Source: Escherichia coli
Lineage (GTDB): Bacteria > Pseudomonadota > Gammaproteobacteria > Enterobacterales > Enterobacteriaceae
Length of the DNA: 64,000 nucleotides
Reading direction: 5' to 3' (one strand)
Assembly: GCF_030013205.1 (NCBI RefSeq)
Contig: NZ_CP122648.1
Made by a program: the position numbers and the translations under genes. This document shows positions 1 to 11,216 of the stretch, in pieces (within the stretch, counting starts at the first letter, position 1; each line of letters starts with the position of its first letter). Under the pieces are notes generated by a model, which did no database searches, had not been told where the DNA came from, and saw only the letters and a list, made by a program, of their open reading frames with translations.

Positions 1-571
1 CGGTGACATCACGAGCAGAAACATCGCAGCCGCCAGTGGGCACCACCACATCATTATTGGCGTAAATATTCCACACAAACTGGAAATCATCGCTGTTATA
101 GTTGTTGGTCTGTCGCAAAATAAGCACGGCAATTAATGAGCCAGCTTTAATCACCACCCCGCCCGCACTGCTCACAGGCGTCAAATAAGGCGCCACCGGC
201 CACGGCTTATCCGTTCTCGAATTATAAACAACCCGCGGCGTTTCACTGGTGGTCGGAAATGGATAGCTACTGCCACTATATTTTACGGTCCCGGAAAAAT
301 TAGATAACACGCCGCCATAAGCCGAGCCTCGTTGCAGTGTGACATAATCTGTAATGGTTTCCGGGTAATCGTTATGGCAAAAGATTTGCGTCGAAAGATC
401 CACGACCAGGTTTTGCCCCACATTCACGGCGGGCGCAAGGTTTACATAAACATTGGCGCTGCCACCGCCAATAGGGATAGCGGTGCCATTGGCGGTTTTA
501 CAGGCGAATGACCAGGCATTTACCGACCAGCCCATCAGCAGTACAGCAAACAGGTTAATAACTCGTTTCAT
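1..571 (-). CDS. fimH: Type 1 fimbrial mannose-binding adhesin FimH, 5' part only (gene continues past the left window edge)
   Basis: Reverse translation from the ATG at 571-569 reads MKRVITLFAVLLMGWSVNAWSFACKTANGTAIPIGGGSANVYVNLAPAVNVGQNLVVDL..., which I recognise as the FimH signal peptide plus lectin domain. It follows fimG in the canonical fim order. It is absent from the ORF track because it is open at the edge. Confidence 0.93.
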   Translation of the reverse strand, partial: MKRVINLFAVLLMGWSVNAWSFACKTANGTAIPIGGGSANVYVNLAPAVNVGQNLVVDLSTQIFCHNDYPETITDYVTLQRGSAYGGVLSNFSGTVKYSGSSYPFPTTSETPRVVYNSRTDKPWPVAPYLTPVSSAGGVVIKAGSLIAVLILRQTNNYNSDDFQFVWNIYANNDVVVPTGGCDVSARDVT

Positions 572-590
572 TACAATCATCTCTTCGGCT

Positions 591-1094
591 TCAGCTGTAG
601 GTATAGGTGATGCTAATCACTGCCTGAATGGTTCCCTGAGTGGCTCCGCCATTTACCGTCAATGCTCTGACCTGTAACGGGAAGTGCGCTGATTGTGAGG
701 AATCATCCACCTGAACTGTTTTGGTTGCGCCACTATTCAATGTGTTGCCACTGTCATCCTGTAGCTCTAACTGGATGTTTTGCGCGGTCCCCTGGTTTTT
801 ATAATATCCGGTACTGTCGGCTGCCCCGCTGAAGCTGGCAGTGACCCTCGACGTTCCCACCGGACAATTAGTCAACTCAAGCGCAACATCATGCCAGGCC
901 GATGCCGCCCCGGCAGACATCAGACTGAAAGAATAAAGATCGCCGAGATCTACCGTGGCATTGGTGGTGGAAACCGTGCACGGTTTGGCGACGACCTTAC
1001 CGTTCACCGTGATGGTGACATCGGCTGCCTGTATCGTCGCACTTGCGAGCGCCAATATTGCCGCCAATACATACCCACGTTTGCACCATTTCAT
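591..1094 (-). CDS. fimG: Minor type 1 fimbrial subunit FimG
   Basis: 167-aa ORF with a signal peptide (MKWCKRGYVLAAILALASATIQA) and a pilin-like C terminus. It lies between fimF and fimH. Confidence 0.93.
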   Translation of the reverse strand: MKWCKRGYVLAAILALASATIQAADVTITVNGKVVAKPCTVSTTNATVDLGDLYSFSLMSAGAASAWHDVALELTNCPVGTSRVTASFSGAADSTGYYKNQGTAQNIQLELQDDSGNTLNSGATKTVQVDDSSQSAHFPLQVRALTVNGGATQGTIQAVISITYTYS

Positions 1095-1106
1095 GAGCCT
1101 CTCCAG

Positions 1107-1637
1107 TTACTGATATTCAAGAGTGAAGGTAGCCGTGGCATTGATATGCCCCGCAGTGACAGGCACCTGTGTCGCCATTAGCCGGGCGTAAAAATTCAGC
1201 GTATTTGGTTTACCCGGCGTCAGGGTCGTCCACGAAATCGCGGACGATGGGGCATTAATGGGTATCTGATTTTGTTGCTCATTCAGAAGCTGTATTCCCA
1301 GTCCCGCAACCGCTGACACCGTATTTTCAAGTGCAAGCAGGTTGGCATTGTGGCTATCTGCAACACCGGTAAACCCAACTTTTACGGCAGAAACGGCATT
1401 ACCACAGGGTGACAGCAAAATACGAAATGGAACGACAGGAGTCGTCGCGCCAATGTTGTTAAATTGCTTCGCCGCGTTTTCCATCAGATCAACAGTAAAA
1501 TTGGTTGATTCAGCGGCCACACTACAGCCGTTATCTCTGACATAGCCGCGGATAGTAATCGTGCTATCCGCAGCCAAAGCGTGACTTACCGCCAGCCACA
1601 AAAAAGCGCACAGAAGATAAAAAGGTTTGTTTCTCAT
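1107..1637 (-). CDS. fimF: Minor type 1 fimbrial subunit FimF
   Basis: The ORF 1107-1640 reads [23 protein letters not shown].... As I recall it, K-12 FimF starts at the second Met (MRNKPFYLL). Confidence 0.92.
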   Translation of the reverse strand: MRNKPFYLLCAFLWLAVSHALAADSTITIRGYVRDNGCSVAAESTNFTVDLMENAAKQFNNIGATTPVVPFRILLSPCGNAVSAVKVGFTGVADSHNANLLALENTVSAVAGLGIQLLNEQQNQIPINAPSSAISWTTLTPGKPNTLNFYARLMATQVPVTAGHINATATFTLEYQ

Positions 1638-1646
1638 CACGCCCCC

Positions 1647-4283
1647 TTAACGACATTCAGCTGATAGCTGAGTTAATAACTGCTGCTGACTCTCTGGTGG
1701 CAGTTGATAATTGGCGACACAGTGAGCATTTTCCTCTTCTCCCCATTTCACCTGAACTTTTCCCGCTAAAGGCATTCCGCTGAGGTAAACCTGACCATTA
1801 TCCGCAACAATGCCGCTACTCTGGCTACTCTCTGATGTCACCATCGCCCCAAACGGCAGCGGCTTATTATTGTGGGTTAGCGTCATGAGCAGTTTTATCC
1901 CAACGCGCGCTTTAAACTCTGCTCGCACGATCGCCCCACGGGTGGGAACAACGTTAGCGACCGCGTTATCTAAATCGACGTTATCAGCCAGGGTATTGGT
2001 ATCCAGCGCTACTCTGTTCTCCCGATATTCAGTGGCATAAGGCAGCACGGCATAACCGCGCCAGTCGGTACGCACCCCCGTCTGGTTTTCGACTTTTGCA
2101 TCTTTTGCGCCAGGCGCTTTAACAAGCACCACCGTATCGTTTAACGGCTGCCCCAGCGTTACGCCATTGGCATGAGCCAGTACCCCACCGCTGACTCCGT
2201 AATAGAGCTGCTTAATATCATCGCTATGGCTGTAACCGATGTTGGCATTGCCGTAACCACCGCGATAATTCAGCGTGGCGTAGCCTGTACTTCCGCTATT
2301 ACCATCACCTCCCCCGGCGTAACCGGTTTGCACGCTATAGCTGAGGTTGTTGTCTTCCAGCAACGTACCGTATACACCGACCAGATTGGTCATCCGACCG
2401 TTGAGATCGTGTGACATGCTGTAACTGGCACTGGCATGTCGCCACTGAGATTTACTGTCAGAACGCAGCCAGTGGCTGAAAGGAATATTGACGTTAAGCG
2501 CTAACATCTGATCCCGTCCTTTTTGCCAGGCGTTTTTCGTCAGGCTATAGCTGAGCGTCCAGTTGATATCTTCGAATGCAGTATTTAAACCAGCCTGGAA
2601 TTGCTCATCGACATTACTCGTTCCCCAATAAGTTTGATGGCTACCACTCAAATACAGTGTTGATGTGCGCCCGAGTTGCTGAGTAACGGTGAGTTGTAAT
2701 TTCCCGCGTTTGTTATAAGCGAGATTGTAATAGTCGGTGAATTTCGGCTTAACCTGAATAACACCATCCTGTGTTTCGATGTTGTAGCCATTCATTCGAC
2801 TGTATGTTGTATCAGCGAAATTAAAATATCCGCTGGTCGAATAACGGTAACCCACTAACTGAATATTCGTGCCTGATTCATTGAGCGATTTGTTATAGAG
2901 AAAACGCACCGATTGTCCGTCATGCTGACTGTCATCGGGAAGTGTGGAATTAGCCTGCGTCATATCCACAGACAGAGCGCCCAGTGCCCCCATGTTTTTC
3001 CCGATACCGAAATTAAACGCACGATAACGATCCGCCAGTTGCGTTCCACCATATATTGTCCAGCCAGCCGGAAGGCCGTGGAGTAATGTACTCTGGAAAA
3101 AGCGGGGTTTTTCCTGCTGCGCATTTCCACTACGGTATTCTCCTGCCGTAATGGAATAACGAGTATGCCCTTCACGTTGCAAAAGCGGGACTGACGAATA
3201 GGGTACGGTAAAGATCTGCGTGCTGCCGTCAGCCTCTTTAATCGTTACCTGCAAGTCACCACTATTACCTGCGGCATAGATATCGTTGATGGTAAAAGGC
3301 CCCGGCGGCACCGTACTATTATAAATGTCATACCCATTTTGTTTAATAGTGACCTGTGCAGTACCACGAGCAATACCGTGGATCACCGGAGCAAATCCTC
3401 TTTGGCTATCGGGTAACATATTGTCATCTGAGGCCAATTGTGCGCCGCGAAAGTTAATACCATCGAAAATATCGCCCTGGGTATAACCATCACCCAGCGT
3501 CAGCCGGGAACGTAACGGAATTATGTCTCGCTCAAGCCAGGTATTGATATGCTGCCATTTATTTTTGCTACCTGATGAACTGTCGCTACTGTTATAACTC
3601 CAGGTGGTATTGTCGCGTAAACGCCACGCACCAATATTTAACCCACTCTGTAGGTTTAAATATGCATAATGGCTGTTACCCCCAATCCGATTCTGTACAC
3701 TATTTCCGCTGAAATTATAATTGAGCAATCCGGCATTAATACCAGGATCCCATAACTCAGGAGGAATATAACCACGCGCGCGATTACTCATAAATGCCTG
3801 AGGGATCGTCAGGTTGAGTCGCTGCTGACCAACATCCAGATGCGCAGTAGCGTCATGGATCATTGAGGTTAATGGCACGCAGGCATCATCCGCCAGCAGA
3901 TTCATACCGGAGACAGAAGCCGTATTCAGCTCCATACTTGCAAGTTGCGCGCGTGTCAGGCAGGGAACAATCCCTTGTTCACTGTCGCCCGTATTAAATG
4001 TGACATCACGCGTTGCCATATAACCATTATTCAAATAGATATCGACACGATACGTCCCTGGCGGTAATTCTTGCCCATTTTCAAAACGCGATAAATCGGC
4101 CACAGCCTGGGGATCATCCGCTAAAAAGCGCGGATTAAAATAGAGTTCGGCAGATGACAAAGGTGCCTGTGCGGCAAAAGCACAGGCGACAAAGAGCCGG
4201 ACAAAAAAACCAGCCAAACGATGCTTACGAATATGCAAGCATTGTGTGTTTCGCTGGTAAAGTCTTAAATTCAGATATGACAT
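1647..4283 (-). CDS. fimD: Outer membrane usher FimD
   Basis: 878-aa ORF typical of chaperone-usher ushers (MSYLNLRLYQRNTQCLHIRKHRLAGFF...). It lies between fimC and fimF. Confidence 0.95.
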   Translation of the reverse strand: MSYLNLRLYQRNTQCLHIRKHRLAGFFVRLFVACAFAAQAPLSSAELYFNPRFLADDPQAVADLSRFENGQELPPGTYRVDIYLNNGYMATRDVTFNTGDSEQGIVPCLTRAQLASMELNTASVSGMNLLADDACVPLTSMIHDATAHLDVGQQRLNLTIPQAFMSNRARGYIPPELWDPGINAGLLNYNFSGNSVQNRIGGNSHYAYLNLQSGLNIGAWRLRDNTTWSYNSSDSSSGSKNKWQHINTWLERDIIPLRSRLTLGDGYTQGDIFDGINFRGAQLASDDNMLPDSQRGFAPVIHGIARGTAQVTIKQNGYDIYNSTVPPGPFTINDIYAAGNSGDLQVTIKEADGSTQIFTVPYSSVPLLQREGHTRYSITAGEYRSGNAQQEKPRFFQSTLLHGLPAGWTIYGGTQLADRYRAFNFGIGKNMGALGALSVDMTQANSTLPDDSQHDGQSVRFLYNKSLNESGTNIQLVGYRYSTSGYFNFADTTYSRMNGYNIETQDGVIQVKPKFTDYYNLAYNKRGKLQLTVTQQLGRTSTLYLSGSHQTYWGTSNVDEQFQAGLNTAFEDINWTLSYSLTKNAWQKGRDQMLALNVNIPFSHWLRSDSKSQWRHASASYSMSHDLNGRMTNLVGVYGTLLEDNNLSYSVQTGYAGGGDGNSGSTGYATLNYRGGYGNANIGYSHSDDIKQLYYGVSGGVLAHANGVTLGQPLNDTVVLVKAPGAKDAKVENQTGVRTDWRGYAVLPYATEYRENRVALDTNTLADNVDLDNAVANVVPTRGAIVRAEFKARVGIKLLMTLTHNNKPLPFGAMVTSESSQSSGIVADNGQVYLSGMPLAGKVQVKWGEEENAHCVANYQLPPESQQQLLTQLSAECR

Positions 4284-4349
4284 TATTCCTCCGGTTTAAA
4301 ATCACCCGGCAGTCAATTCTTTTTATTCAGGCGAAAAATTCCCCCTGCG

Positions 4350-5075
4350 TTATTCCATTACGCCCGTCATTTTGGGGGTAAGTGCGCCATAATCATTTAT
4401 TGTTCGGTAAGTAATATTGCTTCCTGCATCAGAAGGCAATTTAACCGTGCTTTCGCCCATTGGAGGCACCAATGCATTTTCAAGAACCCGGGTTCCGGCA
4501 TTCAACTCTGTTACCGTCAGGTAATAGGGTGTCGGGTTAATCAGAGTCAGAGAATTCGCGCTACGACGAAATCTTAATTTTTCTGCGGCCTGATCGGGTG
4601 GCAACGCTAATTTAGCCGGGCGATAGTACAGTTTAATGCGGCTGATAATTGCGAGCTGTAGCGTATTCTCAGTCAATTTTGATTTATCCATTGACGGAAT
4701 CGCTTTAACGTTCATCCAGAATAAACTTTCCCGATCCTGTGGCAATTGGTTATTTGTTGCATCAAGAATACGTAAGGTATTCTCTTTTTTTCCCTTCATC
4801 GCAAACAGAGGTGGCGTCACGATAAAACGACCATCCTTTACACCATCGGCATTTTCCACCCATGATTGAATTAAATAGGTGCTATTTTCATCATTATTTG
4901 TCACGGCAAGTTGCACTTGTTTTTGCCCTGCCGGATAAATTACGCGAGTCGCACCTAAGGCCACTCCCGCTTCGGCGCGTCCGGCAACCATCATTGCCAT
5001 GAACATCAGGATACCTGCCAGCAAGCAGAATGTTATTTCCTGCGATTTCCTTACATTGACGTTTTTATTACTCAC
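4350..5075 (-). CDS. fimC: Periplasmic fimbrial chaperone FimC
   Basis: 241-aa ORF with PapD-like chaperone motifs (GVALGATRVIYPAGQKQVQLAVTNND...). Its position fits the operon order. Confidence 0.95.
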   Translation of the reverse strand: MSNKNVNVRKSQEITFCLLAGILMFMAMMVAGRAEAGVALGATRVIYPAGQKQVQLAVTNNDENSTYLIQSWVENADGVKDGRFIVTPPLFAMKGKKENTLRILDATNNQLPQDRESLFWMNVKAIPSMDKSKLTENTLQLAIISRIKLYYRPAKLALPPDQAAEKLRFRRSANSLTLINPTPYYLTVTELNAGTRVLENALVPPMGESTVKLPSDAGSNITYRTINDYGALTPKMTGVME

Positions 5076-5111
5076 TGTCCTGTTCCTGTTATCACATTAT
5101 CTGCTGAACAA

Positions 5112-5651
5112 TTACTGATAGGTTAAAGAGAACCAGGCCTGGGCATTGGCGATGCCGCCAGTAACCCGACGCCCGGTAGCACGATATTTGGCGATGAAAT
5201 GTAGCGAAGTAGAGCCTGAGTAAAGCCGTTTCCAGTTTGCTGGAGGACGATTAATCGGTACGAGGTTTCCTTCATCATCAAACAACGCTACGCCAATATT
5301 GGTGGCTATCCCTGGCCCCTCTCCCACGGAAAGCACATCTGGATTTTTACCATCCGCGACACCGTGAAACGCCACACCCACACGTTCACTCACCACCGTG
5401 CTACATTCCCGTAAATGAATAACAAAAGGCACCGGTGCGCTATCTTCCCCTACCGCATGAAACCGGTTACTGCTGATTTGCCCCATATTGACTGTCATTT
5501 GTTTATCACCGGCTTCAATCCGGCAAGTTTCCGCAATAATGACGCCCTGAAATTGCATATTTCCGCCGGGCAGCGTGGTGTTCCATTTATTTCCGGCCAG
5601 AGCAAACATTGGCAGCAACGACGCTAATAGAAATAATCTCTTCCTTTTCAT
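5112..5651 (-). CDS. fimI: Fimbrin-like protein FimI
   Basis: The track ORF 5112-5783 contains an internal Met ([19 protein letters not shown]) that gives a 179-aa pilin-like protein with a signal peptide. The upstream extension overlaps fimA and is unlikely to be translated. Confidence 0.88.
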
Positions 5652-5715
5652 CGTTATTTTTATCGCACAAGGGTGGGCATCCCTGCCCGTAATGACGTCC
5701 CTGAACCTGGGTAGG

Positions 5716-6270
5716 TTATTGATACTGAACCTTGAAGGTCGCATCCGCATTAGCAGCACCCGGGGTTGCCTCGCCGATTGCATAATAACGCGCCTGGAAC
5801 GGAATGGTGTTGGTACCGTTATTCAGGGTTGTTTGTGCACTAAATGTCGCACCGTCCAGCGTCAGCTCATTTCCTGTTCTGTCCAGTATCTGCACACCAA
5901 CATTTGTTGCGCTACCCGCAGCTGAACTCTGCAGAGCCAGTACTTTAGGATGAGCACTGTCAATCGCAGTCCCCAAGAAGGCAACAGCGGCTTTTGTGGC
6001 AACACTGGTATCGCAATCATTCAGCTGAATGTTAAAACCGACAGCAGAGCTGGTTGCTCCAGTCTGCTTCAGACTAGCGGTACGAACCTGGCCCAACTGA
6101 ACGGTTTGATCAACAGAGCCTGCATCAACTGCGCAAGCGGCGTTAACAACTTCCCCTTTAAAGTGAACGGTCCCACCATTTACCGTCGTGGGTGTAGTTT
6201 CAGCCAGAGCCGCTGTAGAACTCAGGGACAGAGCCGACAGAACAACAATTGCCAGAGTTTTAATTTTCAT
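5716..6270 (-). CDS. fimA: Major type 1 fimbrial subunit FimA
   Basis: 184-aa [26 protein letters not shown]... ending ...[10 protein letters not shown]. It is the first gene downstream of fimS. Confidence 0.95.
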
Positions 6271-6389
6271 ACTGCTTTCCTTTCAAAAAACTATTTCTAA
6301 ATCGACATGGGCAGTCGTTCCGTACACTTTGTTTTGTCAACGAGTTTGACTGCCAACACTGCACAGTTTCCCCCCAAAAGATGAAACAT

Positions 6390-6704
6390 TTGGGGCCATT
6401 TTGACTCATAGAGGAAAGCATCGCGCACAAACTTTTTCAGTTTATTTGTTGACTTTATATTCTATTGTTATCTTTATTTATAGATTTTTATATTGCATGA
6501 GGTGGTTTTTGGAGAGAAGAATGAGGAAGTTGCTTCGAGACACAGAAACGTTAGCTTTACATTTAGCGGAGGTGATGTGAAATTAATTTACAAGAGAAAT
6601 GATTTACATATCAAACAGTTAGATGCTTTTTGTCGTTTTATAATATTTTTATGCTTGAGAAAAAATACGTAACTTATTTATGATATGGACAGTTTTGGCC
6701 CCAA
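6390..6704. promoter_or_regulatory. fimS: fimS invertible phase-variation element bounded by 9-bp inverted repeats
   Basis: TTGGGGCCA at 6390-6398 and its exact complement TGGCCCCAA at 6696-6704 bracket about 315 bp of AT-rich DNA between fimA and fimE. This matches the known fim switch architecture. Confidence 0.9.
6655..6684 (+). promoter_or_regulatory. fimA sigma70 promoter inside fimS, currently pointing away from fimA (phase OFF)
   Basis: TTGAGA (6655-6660), an 18-nt spacer, then TATGAT (6679-6684), all on the plus strand. fimA is on the minus strand to the left, so this promoter reads toward fimE. Confidence 0.7.
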
Positions 6705-6751
6705 TTGTCTTGTATTTATTTGTTTTTTACCTTTACTATCAATAAGTTAAA

Positions 6752-7348
6752 TTAAACCTCTTCTCTTTTTAATTTTTCGTTTATAAGATTATTTCTTTCC
6801 CATAATCCGGCAAAACGAGCAGCATTACTGGCGGTATAACGCACAGTATGGCGAATATTTCGATGCCCGAGATAATCCTGAATTAAACGGGTATCTGCAC
6901 CACGCTCCGCCAGTTCATAACCGCAAGCATGCCTTAACATATGAGGATGAGTCTGCGTTACGGTTCCAGCTTCAATACCGGCATCGCGAATAATGCGATA
7001 GGCCTGCTGGCGAGAAAGCCGACTCCCGCGGCGAGAAATAAATATAGCGTCGGTCCGGTCAGCGCCTTTCCAGTTAGCACGTTCCTGGGTCCAGCGTTCC
7101 ACGGCTTCACGCTCATCAAAACGTAACGGGTGAACGGTAGAAAATCCGTTCTTCAGTCGGCGAATATTTATTCGACCTTCATTAAGGTCAAGGTCCTGAT
7201 AATGCAGATCAAGCAGTTCACTAATACGCATCCCATGCCGATATGCCAACAGAATAAGACAATAATCTCTGGCTCCCGTTGCCCCGTAACAAACCGCCTG
7301 CATCATGGCCTGAACTTCTTTACCGGTAAGATAACGACGTTTACTCAC
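6752..7348 (-). CDS. fimE: Tyrosine recombinase FimE (ON-to-OFF switching)
   Basis: 198-aa ORF MSKRRYLTGKEVQAMMQAVCYG... with tyrosine recombinase motifs (HMLRHACG, LGHRNIRHTVRYT). It lies adjacent to fimS. Confidence 0.95.
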   Translation of the reverse strand: MSKRRYLTGKEVQAMMQAVCYGATGARDYCLILLAYRHGMRISELLDLHYQDLDLNEGRINIRRLKNGFSTVHPLRFDEREAVERWTQERANWKGADRTDAIFISRRGSRLSRQQAYRIIRDAGIEAGTVTQTHPHMLRHACGYELAERGADTRLIQDYLGHRNIRHTVRYTASNAARFAGLWERNNLINEKLKREEV

Positions 7349-7824
7349 AATAGTAGTACTCCTGACTGAGATATATTTGAATGAATACCTATAGGAAACC
7401 TCAATCGGTCAAAATTAGCCCAATAGATAAAAAGATAACCACACACGAAGTGATGTGGCTATCAGTCAATTACATTAAATATCATACAAAAATAAAATAT
7501 CACTGATGTGATAACATCTATTTTCATTGATTTGATTCAATATAACAATAGATTGCAGTGGATTAACTTCCAGTTGCTTAAAAAATAAAGAAAAAATGTG
7601 AAAACAGATGAATTTAAGTGATGTGTAAATTTATGAATGATTTTGTTTATTTATTTTGAAGAACATAAACCATTGTATTTTGTATGGATATGGTTAACTT
7701 AATGTTTATTATTATAATTAAGAATCACACTTACAATAACATCAATTAATAAATGGTTAATCATTTTTGATATATCGTAAGAATAATGTAGTTTTTAACA
7801 CCATCCCTGGTATCTCAACTATCT

Positions 7825-8427
7825 CTATAAAACAGCGTGACGCTGTCGTCCTCTGGCCCTATCCCAGATGCCGTAAAAACGCCCTGCATTGCTGGCGGTA
7901 TACCAGACAGTATGACGAATATTGCGATGCCCAAGATAATCCTGGATAAGTCGCGTATCTATTCCCATATTCGCCAAAGCAAAACCACACGAATGGCGTA
8001 ACATGTGCGGATGAATCTCCAGTGACAACCCGGCATTACCACCGGAAGTCGAGATAATATGGTAAAACTGTTGCCGAGAAAGCGGATTCCCCTTACGCGA
8101 TAAAAATACCCATTCGCTCTCAGCATGCGGGTACGAAGTACGGATACTCAACCAGTTTTTTAAAGCCTGAACTTCTTTGTTCAATAGCGGGTGCGTTGTT
8201 GAAAAGCCTTTTTTTAATCGATGGATATAGATACACTTTGCCTTAAGATCAATATCCGAAATCCTCAATCGACAAATTTCACTCGCCCGGAAACCATGAA
8301 TAAAACAAAGCAAAGTCAGACAATAATTACGTGCTGCATGAGGCCCGGTATTTGCTGCTTTAAGGAGTGATTCGATTTCACTATGGGTCAGGAAGTTCCT
8401 TTTTTTGTTATCAGCCTTATTCTTCAT
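7825..8427 (-). CDS. fimB: Tyrosine recombinase FimB (bidirectional switching)
   Basis: 200-aa ORF MKNKADNKKRNFLTHSEIESLLKAANTG... that is paralogous to FimE (HMLRHSCG, LGHRNIRHTVWYT). Confidence 0.95.
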   Translation of the reverse strand: MKNKADNKKRNFLTHSEIESLLKAANTGPHAARNYCLTLLCFIHGFRASEICRLRISDIDLKAKCIYIHRLKKGFSTTHPLLNKEVQALKNWLSIRTSYPHAESEWVFLSRKGNPLSRQQFYHIISTSGGNAGLSLEIHPHMLRHSCGFALANMGIDTRLIQDYLGHRNIRHTVWYTASNAGRFYGIWDRARGRQRHAVL

Positions 8428-9440
8428 CGTTTTCCCTTATAATTACAGACGCGCACTAGCTGTGCTGGGTTAGCAATAATCCAACATTTTAATCCTGATT
8501 ATGTTTATAAAAGCGAACGTTTGCTTAATAACTAACGTAAGTGGACCAGTTCTTCTGAGTGAACTTAAATGGAGTAGCGATAGTTACTTATAATAACTTT
8601 GCCATACAAACGCCATGCTCTTGCATGCTATGTACCTTTATATATTTATAAATCTGATACGAATCGAATAATAACCCTCATCATTAATGCAACTAATCTT
8701 ATCTATATATCATGTGATATGTTCTGTAACAAGTAAAATCAACATAAAAAATTCAGCAAAATTTAATATTCGTTCAACTAGCCGTCTCACATATGACATT
8801 ATTAGTCAACTGCATTTGCCACAAAATGGCTATTTCATGGAACGCAGTAATTTCTTAGTGGCTATTATCATGCTAATTCTTAGATCCCTAGCGATTATTC
8901 CTGCCTGGTTCGTCAGCTTAGGCCATGAGATTGTTACATTCCCTTTTATCCTGGAGATATGGGGGAACGCAGGCGACGCTTTTTCATCTACATCCGTTGG
9001 TAACTATGGCTTTGGTCACTACGACTTAAACCTTCCTCAATCACAGCTATTCGCCGGGCGATACGGCAAACAAACTAAGTGAAACATCATCCTGAAAACA
9101 CCAACATCAACAAGCCTCTCCAGATCGACATCAGGAGTGACCAGTTACAAGCCACAAACCAAGAAACATATTTCATGATGAGAATTATACTCAGCCTGAT
9201 GGCGGGTAAACACTTATTTTCACCAAGCTCACTGAGTTAGCTTGCAAAGCTTTCTTTGTTTAGATTCTAAATAAATTATTTACAAAACAGATTGTTAAAA
9301 GAAAACCTTTAGTTTTTGAAGACCAATGCAAGTGTTCGTCTGGCTTCACATGGCATCTGCTTCTTAGGAAAAGATCGACATATTTTGTGACACGAATTGC
9401 AAATCTGGTTTTGTTGTATGGATTGCGTGATTTTTGATCT

Positions 9441-9463
9441 GGTATAACAGGTATAAAGGTGCA
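9441..9463. promoter_or_regulatory. NanR operator-like GGTATA repeat array in the fimB-nanC intergenic region
   Basis: GGTATAACAGGTATAAAGGTGCA contains two exact and one degenerate GGTATA hexamer. The spacing is what I recall for NanR operators. Confidence 0.65.
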
Positions 9464-9721
9464 CCGCGATAGTCAATGAGACTGGGCATCTCGTAATCTA
9501 TGGCAAACATCACTTCAGTTCTTTCTCATCGGGTGATGAAAACGCACTTCAGTCTGAAAGGAATATGAAAATGAGATCAACAGACACTCTATTTTATGAC
9601 TCTGGGTAAAATGGATTGAGTAAGCGATATTAGACTGGCCCCCTGAATCTCCAGACAACCAGTATCACTTAAATAAGTGATAGTCTTAATACTAGTTTTT
9701 AGACTAGTCATTGGAGAACAG

Positions 9722-10087
9722 ATGATTGATGTCTTAGGGCCGGAGAAACGCAGACGGCGTACCACACAGGAAAAGATCGCAATTGTTCAGCAGAGCTTTG
9801 AACCGGGGATGACGGTCTCCCTCGTTGCCCGGCAACATGGTGTAGCAGCCAGCCAGTTATTTCTCTGGCGTAAGCAATACCAGGAAGGAAGTCTTACTGC
9901 TGTCGCCGCCGGAGAACAGGTTGTTCCTGCCTCTGAACTTGCTGCCGCCATGAAGCAGATTAAAGAACTCCAGCGCCTGCTCGGCAAGAAAACGATGGAA
10001 AATGAACTCCTCAAAGAAGCCGTTGAATATGGACGGGCAAAAAAGTGGATAGCGCACGCGCCCTTATTGCCCGGGGATGGGGAGTAA
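9722..10087 (+). CDS. insC: IS2 OrfA (InsC) transposase regulator
   Basis: [53 protein letters not shown]... with an HTH and a leucine zipper. The ATG follows a GGAG RBS, and the track ORF starts further upstream at a GTG. Confidence 0.9.
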
Positions 10088-10950
10088 GCTTAGTCAGCCG
10101 TTGTCTCCGGGTGTCGCGTGCGCAGTTGCACGTCATTCTCAGACGAACCGATGACTGGATGGATGGCCGCCGCAGTCGTCACACTGATGATACGGATGTG
10201 CTTCTCCGTATACACCATGTTATCGGAGAGCTGCCCACGTATGGTTATCGTCGGGTATGGGCGCTGCTTCGCAGACAGGCAGAACTTGATGGTATGCCTG
10301 CGATCAATGCCAAACGTGTTTACCGGATCATGCGCCAGAATGCGCTGTTGCTTGAGCGAAAACCTGCTGTACCGCCATCGAAACGGGCACATACAGGCAG
10401 AGTGGCCGTGAAAGAAAGCAATCAGCGATGGTGCTCTGACGGGTTCGAGTTCTGCTGTGATAACGGAGAGAGACTGCGTGTCACGTTCGCGCTGGACTGC
10501 TGTGATCGTGAGGCACTGCACTGGGCGGTGACTACCGGCGGCTTCAACAGTGAAACAGTACAGGACGTCATGCTGGGAGCGGTGGAACGCCGCTTCGGCA
10601 ACGATCTTCCGTCGTCTCCAGTGGAGTGGCTGACGGATAATGGTTCATGCTACCGGGCTAATGAAACACGCCAGTTCGCCCGGATGTTGGGACTTGAACC
10701 GAAGAACACGGCGGTGCGGAGTCCGGAGAGTAACGGAATAGCAGAGAGCTTCGTGAAAACGATAAAGCGTGACTACATCAGTATCATGCCCAAACCAGAC
10801 GGGTTAACGGCAGCAAAGAACCTTGCAGAGGCGTTCGAGCATTATAACGAATGGCATCCGCATAGTGCGCTGGGTTATCGCTCGCCACGGGAATATCTGC
10901 GGCAGCGGGCCTGTAATGGGTTAAGTGATAACAGATGTCTGGAAATATAG
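10045..10950 (+). CDS. insD: IS2 OrfB (InsD) DDE transposase
   Basis: 301-aa ORF overlapping insC in the -1 frame. It has DDE/RNase H-like motifs (WCSDGFEF..., LTDNGSCY..., NGIAESF). Confidence 0.9.
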
Positions 10951-11216
10951 GGGCAAATCCAGATATAGCTTACGAAAATTCAAATCAATTAAACATCAGC
11001 AGAGATTTTATACTCAGGTATTTAATCTGGCCCTCTGTTTATTTAAATAATGTGGAAAGAGATTTTTCACAGGAGATATTATACAAAAAATATAAAATAC
11101 AGCTACCGGTTGCCAAAGACACTATAAGCCTGGCAAAAAAATATTACACAACATAAATGCTAATTGTTTATGCGGGCTTTGTATTGCTTTCTGTATCCTA
11201 CAAATGAGTGAAATTT

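Larger units (their letters stand above)
9631..10961 (+). mobile_element. IS2 (IS3 family), complete 1331-bp copy with a 5-bp target site duplication
   Basis: The left end is TAGACTGGCCCCCTGAATCTCCAGACAACC... and the right end is ...GGAAATATAGGGGCAAATCCA. GATAT occurs at 9626-9630 and again at 10962-10966. The element encodes InsC and InsD. Confidence 0.93.

Noticed and set aside
5575-6300. Two 116-aa plus-strand ORFs
   Set aside because: They are antisense to fimI and fimA and have no supporting signals.
8687-9082. 131-aa ORF in the fimB-nanC intergenic region
   Set aside because: The DNA is very AT-rich, the ORF has no RBS, and the composition is Ile/Asn/Ser-rich. The region is known as a long regulatory intergenic space, so this is probably not coding.
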